DNA of 64,000 nt from Tubulanus polymorphus (Eukaryota; Animalia; Nemertea), in NCBI RefSeq assembly GCF_964204645.1, contig NC_134028.1, positions 10,664,001-10,728,000 of the forward strand, written 5' to 3'. Shown here one piece after another: positions 63,607-64,000 of the stretch; positions within the stretch are counted from its first letter, which is position 1; the number at the start of each line of letters is the position of its first letter. Under the pieces are notes generated by a model. The model did no database searches. It had not been told where the DNA came from and worked only from the letters and a program-made list of their open reading frames with translations. A program made the translations under genes and the position numbers.

Positions 63607-64000
63607 GTAATATGTCAAAGTCGAAACTTGGTGAAGCGCACAGCCAGTCTTAAGTTCTAATGAATAAATAGAGGCGAGTGCCCTTTCGGCAACTTATATA
63701 GAATTCTACATTGTAAAAAAACATGGTCAGTGGCCAAAAAAATCACCAAAAAAGTAGAAGATCTATTCGACCGAAGATTCGCCGTGATCAGATATATGTA
63801 TAGAAAAATAATTCATTTTTTTTTGCGGAAAAACATGCTTTGGGAGTGTTGATTACAAATTGAAAGCCTTGTTTGTGTTATCTTTCATACGACAATAAAT
63901 CTTTCTGTAACAGCTTTAACAGTTTTATATGTTTTACACAAGATATTTGTTCCCAAGTTCTACATTGTAAAAAATGTAGGTTTTGCTGAAGGAAGGCACC

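Larger units (their letters stand above)
60186..63608 (-). mobile_element. Polinton/Maverick (adintovirus-like) remnant; boundaries approximate
   Basis: Very AT-rich and intronless, with a c-integrase followed by an A32-like ATPase and small ORFs. Confidence 0.85.

Overview
AT-rich eukaryotic DNA, probably from a marine invertebrate; the species cannot be identified from the sequence. One host gene is recognisable: exportin-6 (XPO6) on the minus strand. Nine coding exons with GT-AG boundaries lie between 32118 and 4284 and join in frame to 531 codons. The ATG exon was not found, and the remaining 3' exons appear to lie left of the window. Almost everything else is nested transposable elements: two Helentron-associated (HINE-like) families, one with internal ~155-bp tandem repeats; a hAT5-type element with a spliced transposase and 5-bp TSD plus related MITEs; a DIRS retrotransposon; a chromodomain Gypsy integrase remnant cut by four insertions; piggyBac, Harbinger and Tc1/mariner MITEs; a 15-kb CACTA element that splits an RTE-X-like LINE and contains a second EnSpm element with CACGTG arrays; a TIR element holding a 38/50-bp composite tandem array; and a decayed Polinton/Maverick at the right end. 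The most interesting signals are: (1) about 17 exact TAGGCCTA palindromes, several of which are GGCCTA micro-insertions at TA sites when repeat copies are compared; (2) three copies of a short Penelope-type terminal repeat with a minimal hammerhead ribozyme motif; (3) co-orientation of all HINE copies with XPO6, several next to splice acceptors. All calls were made by eye, with no database searches.
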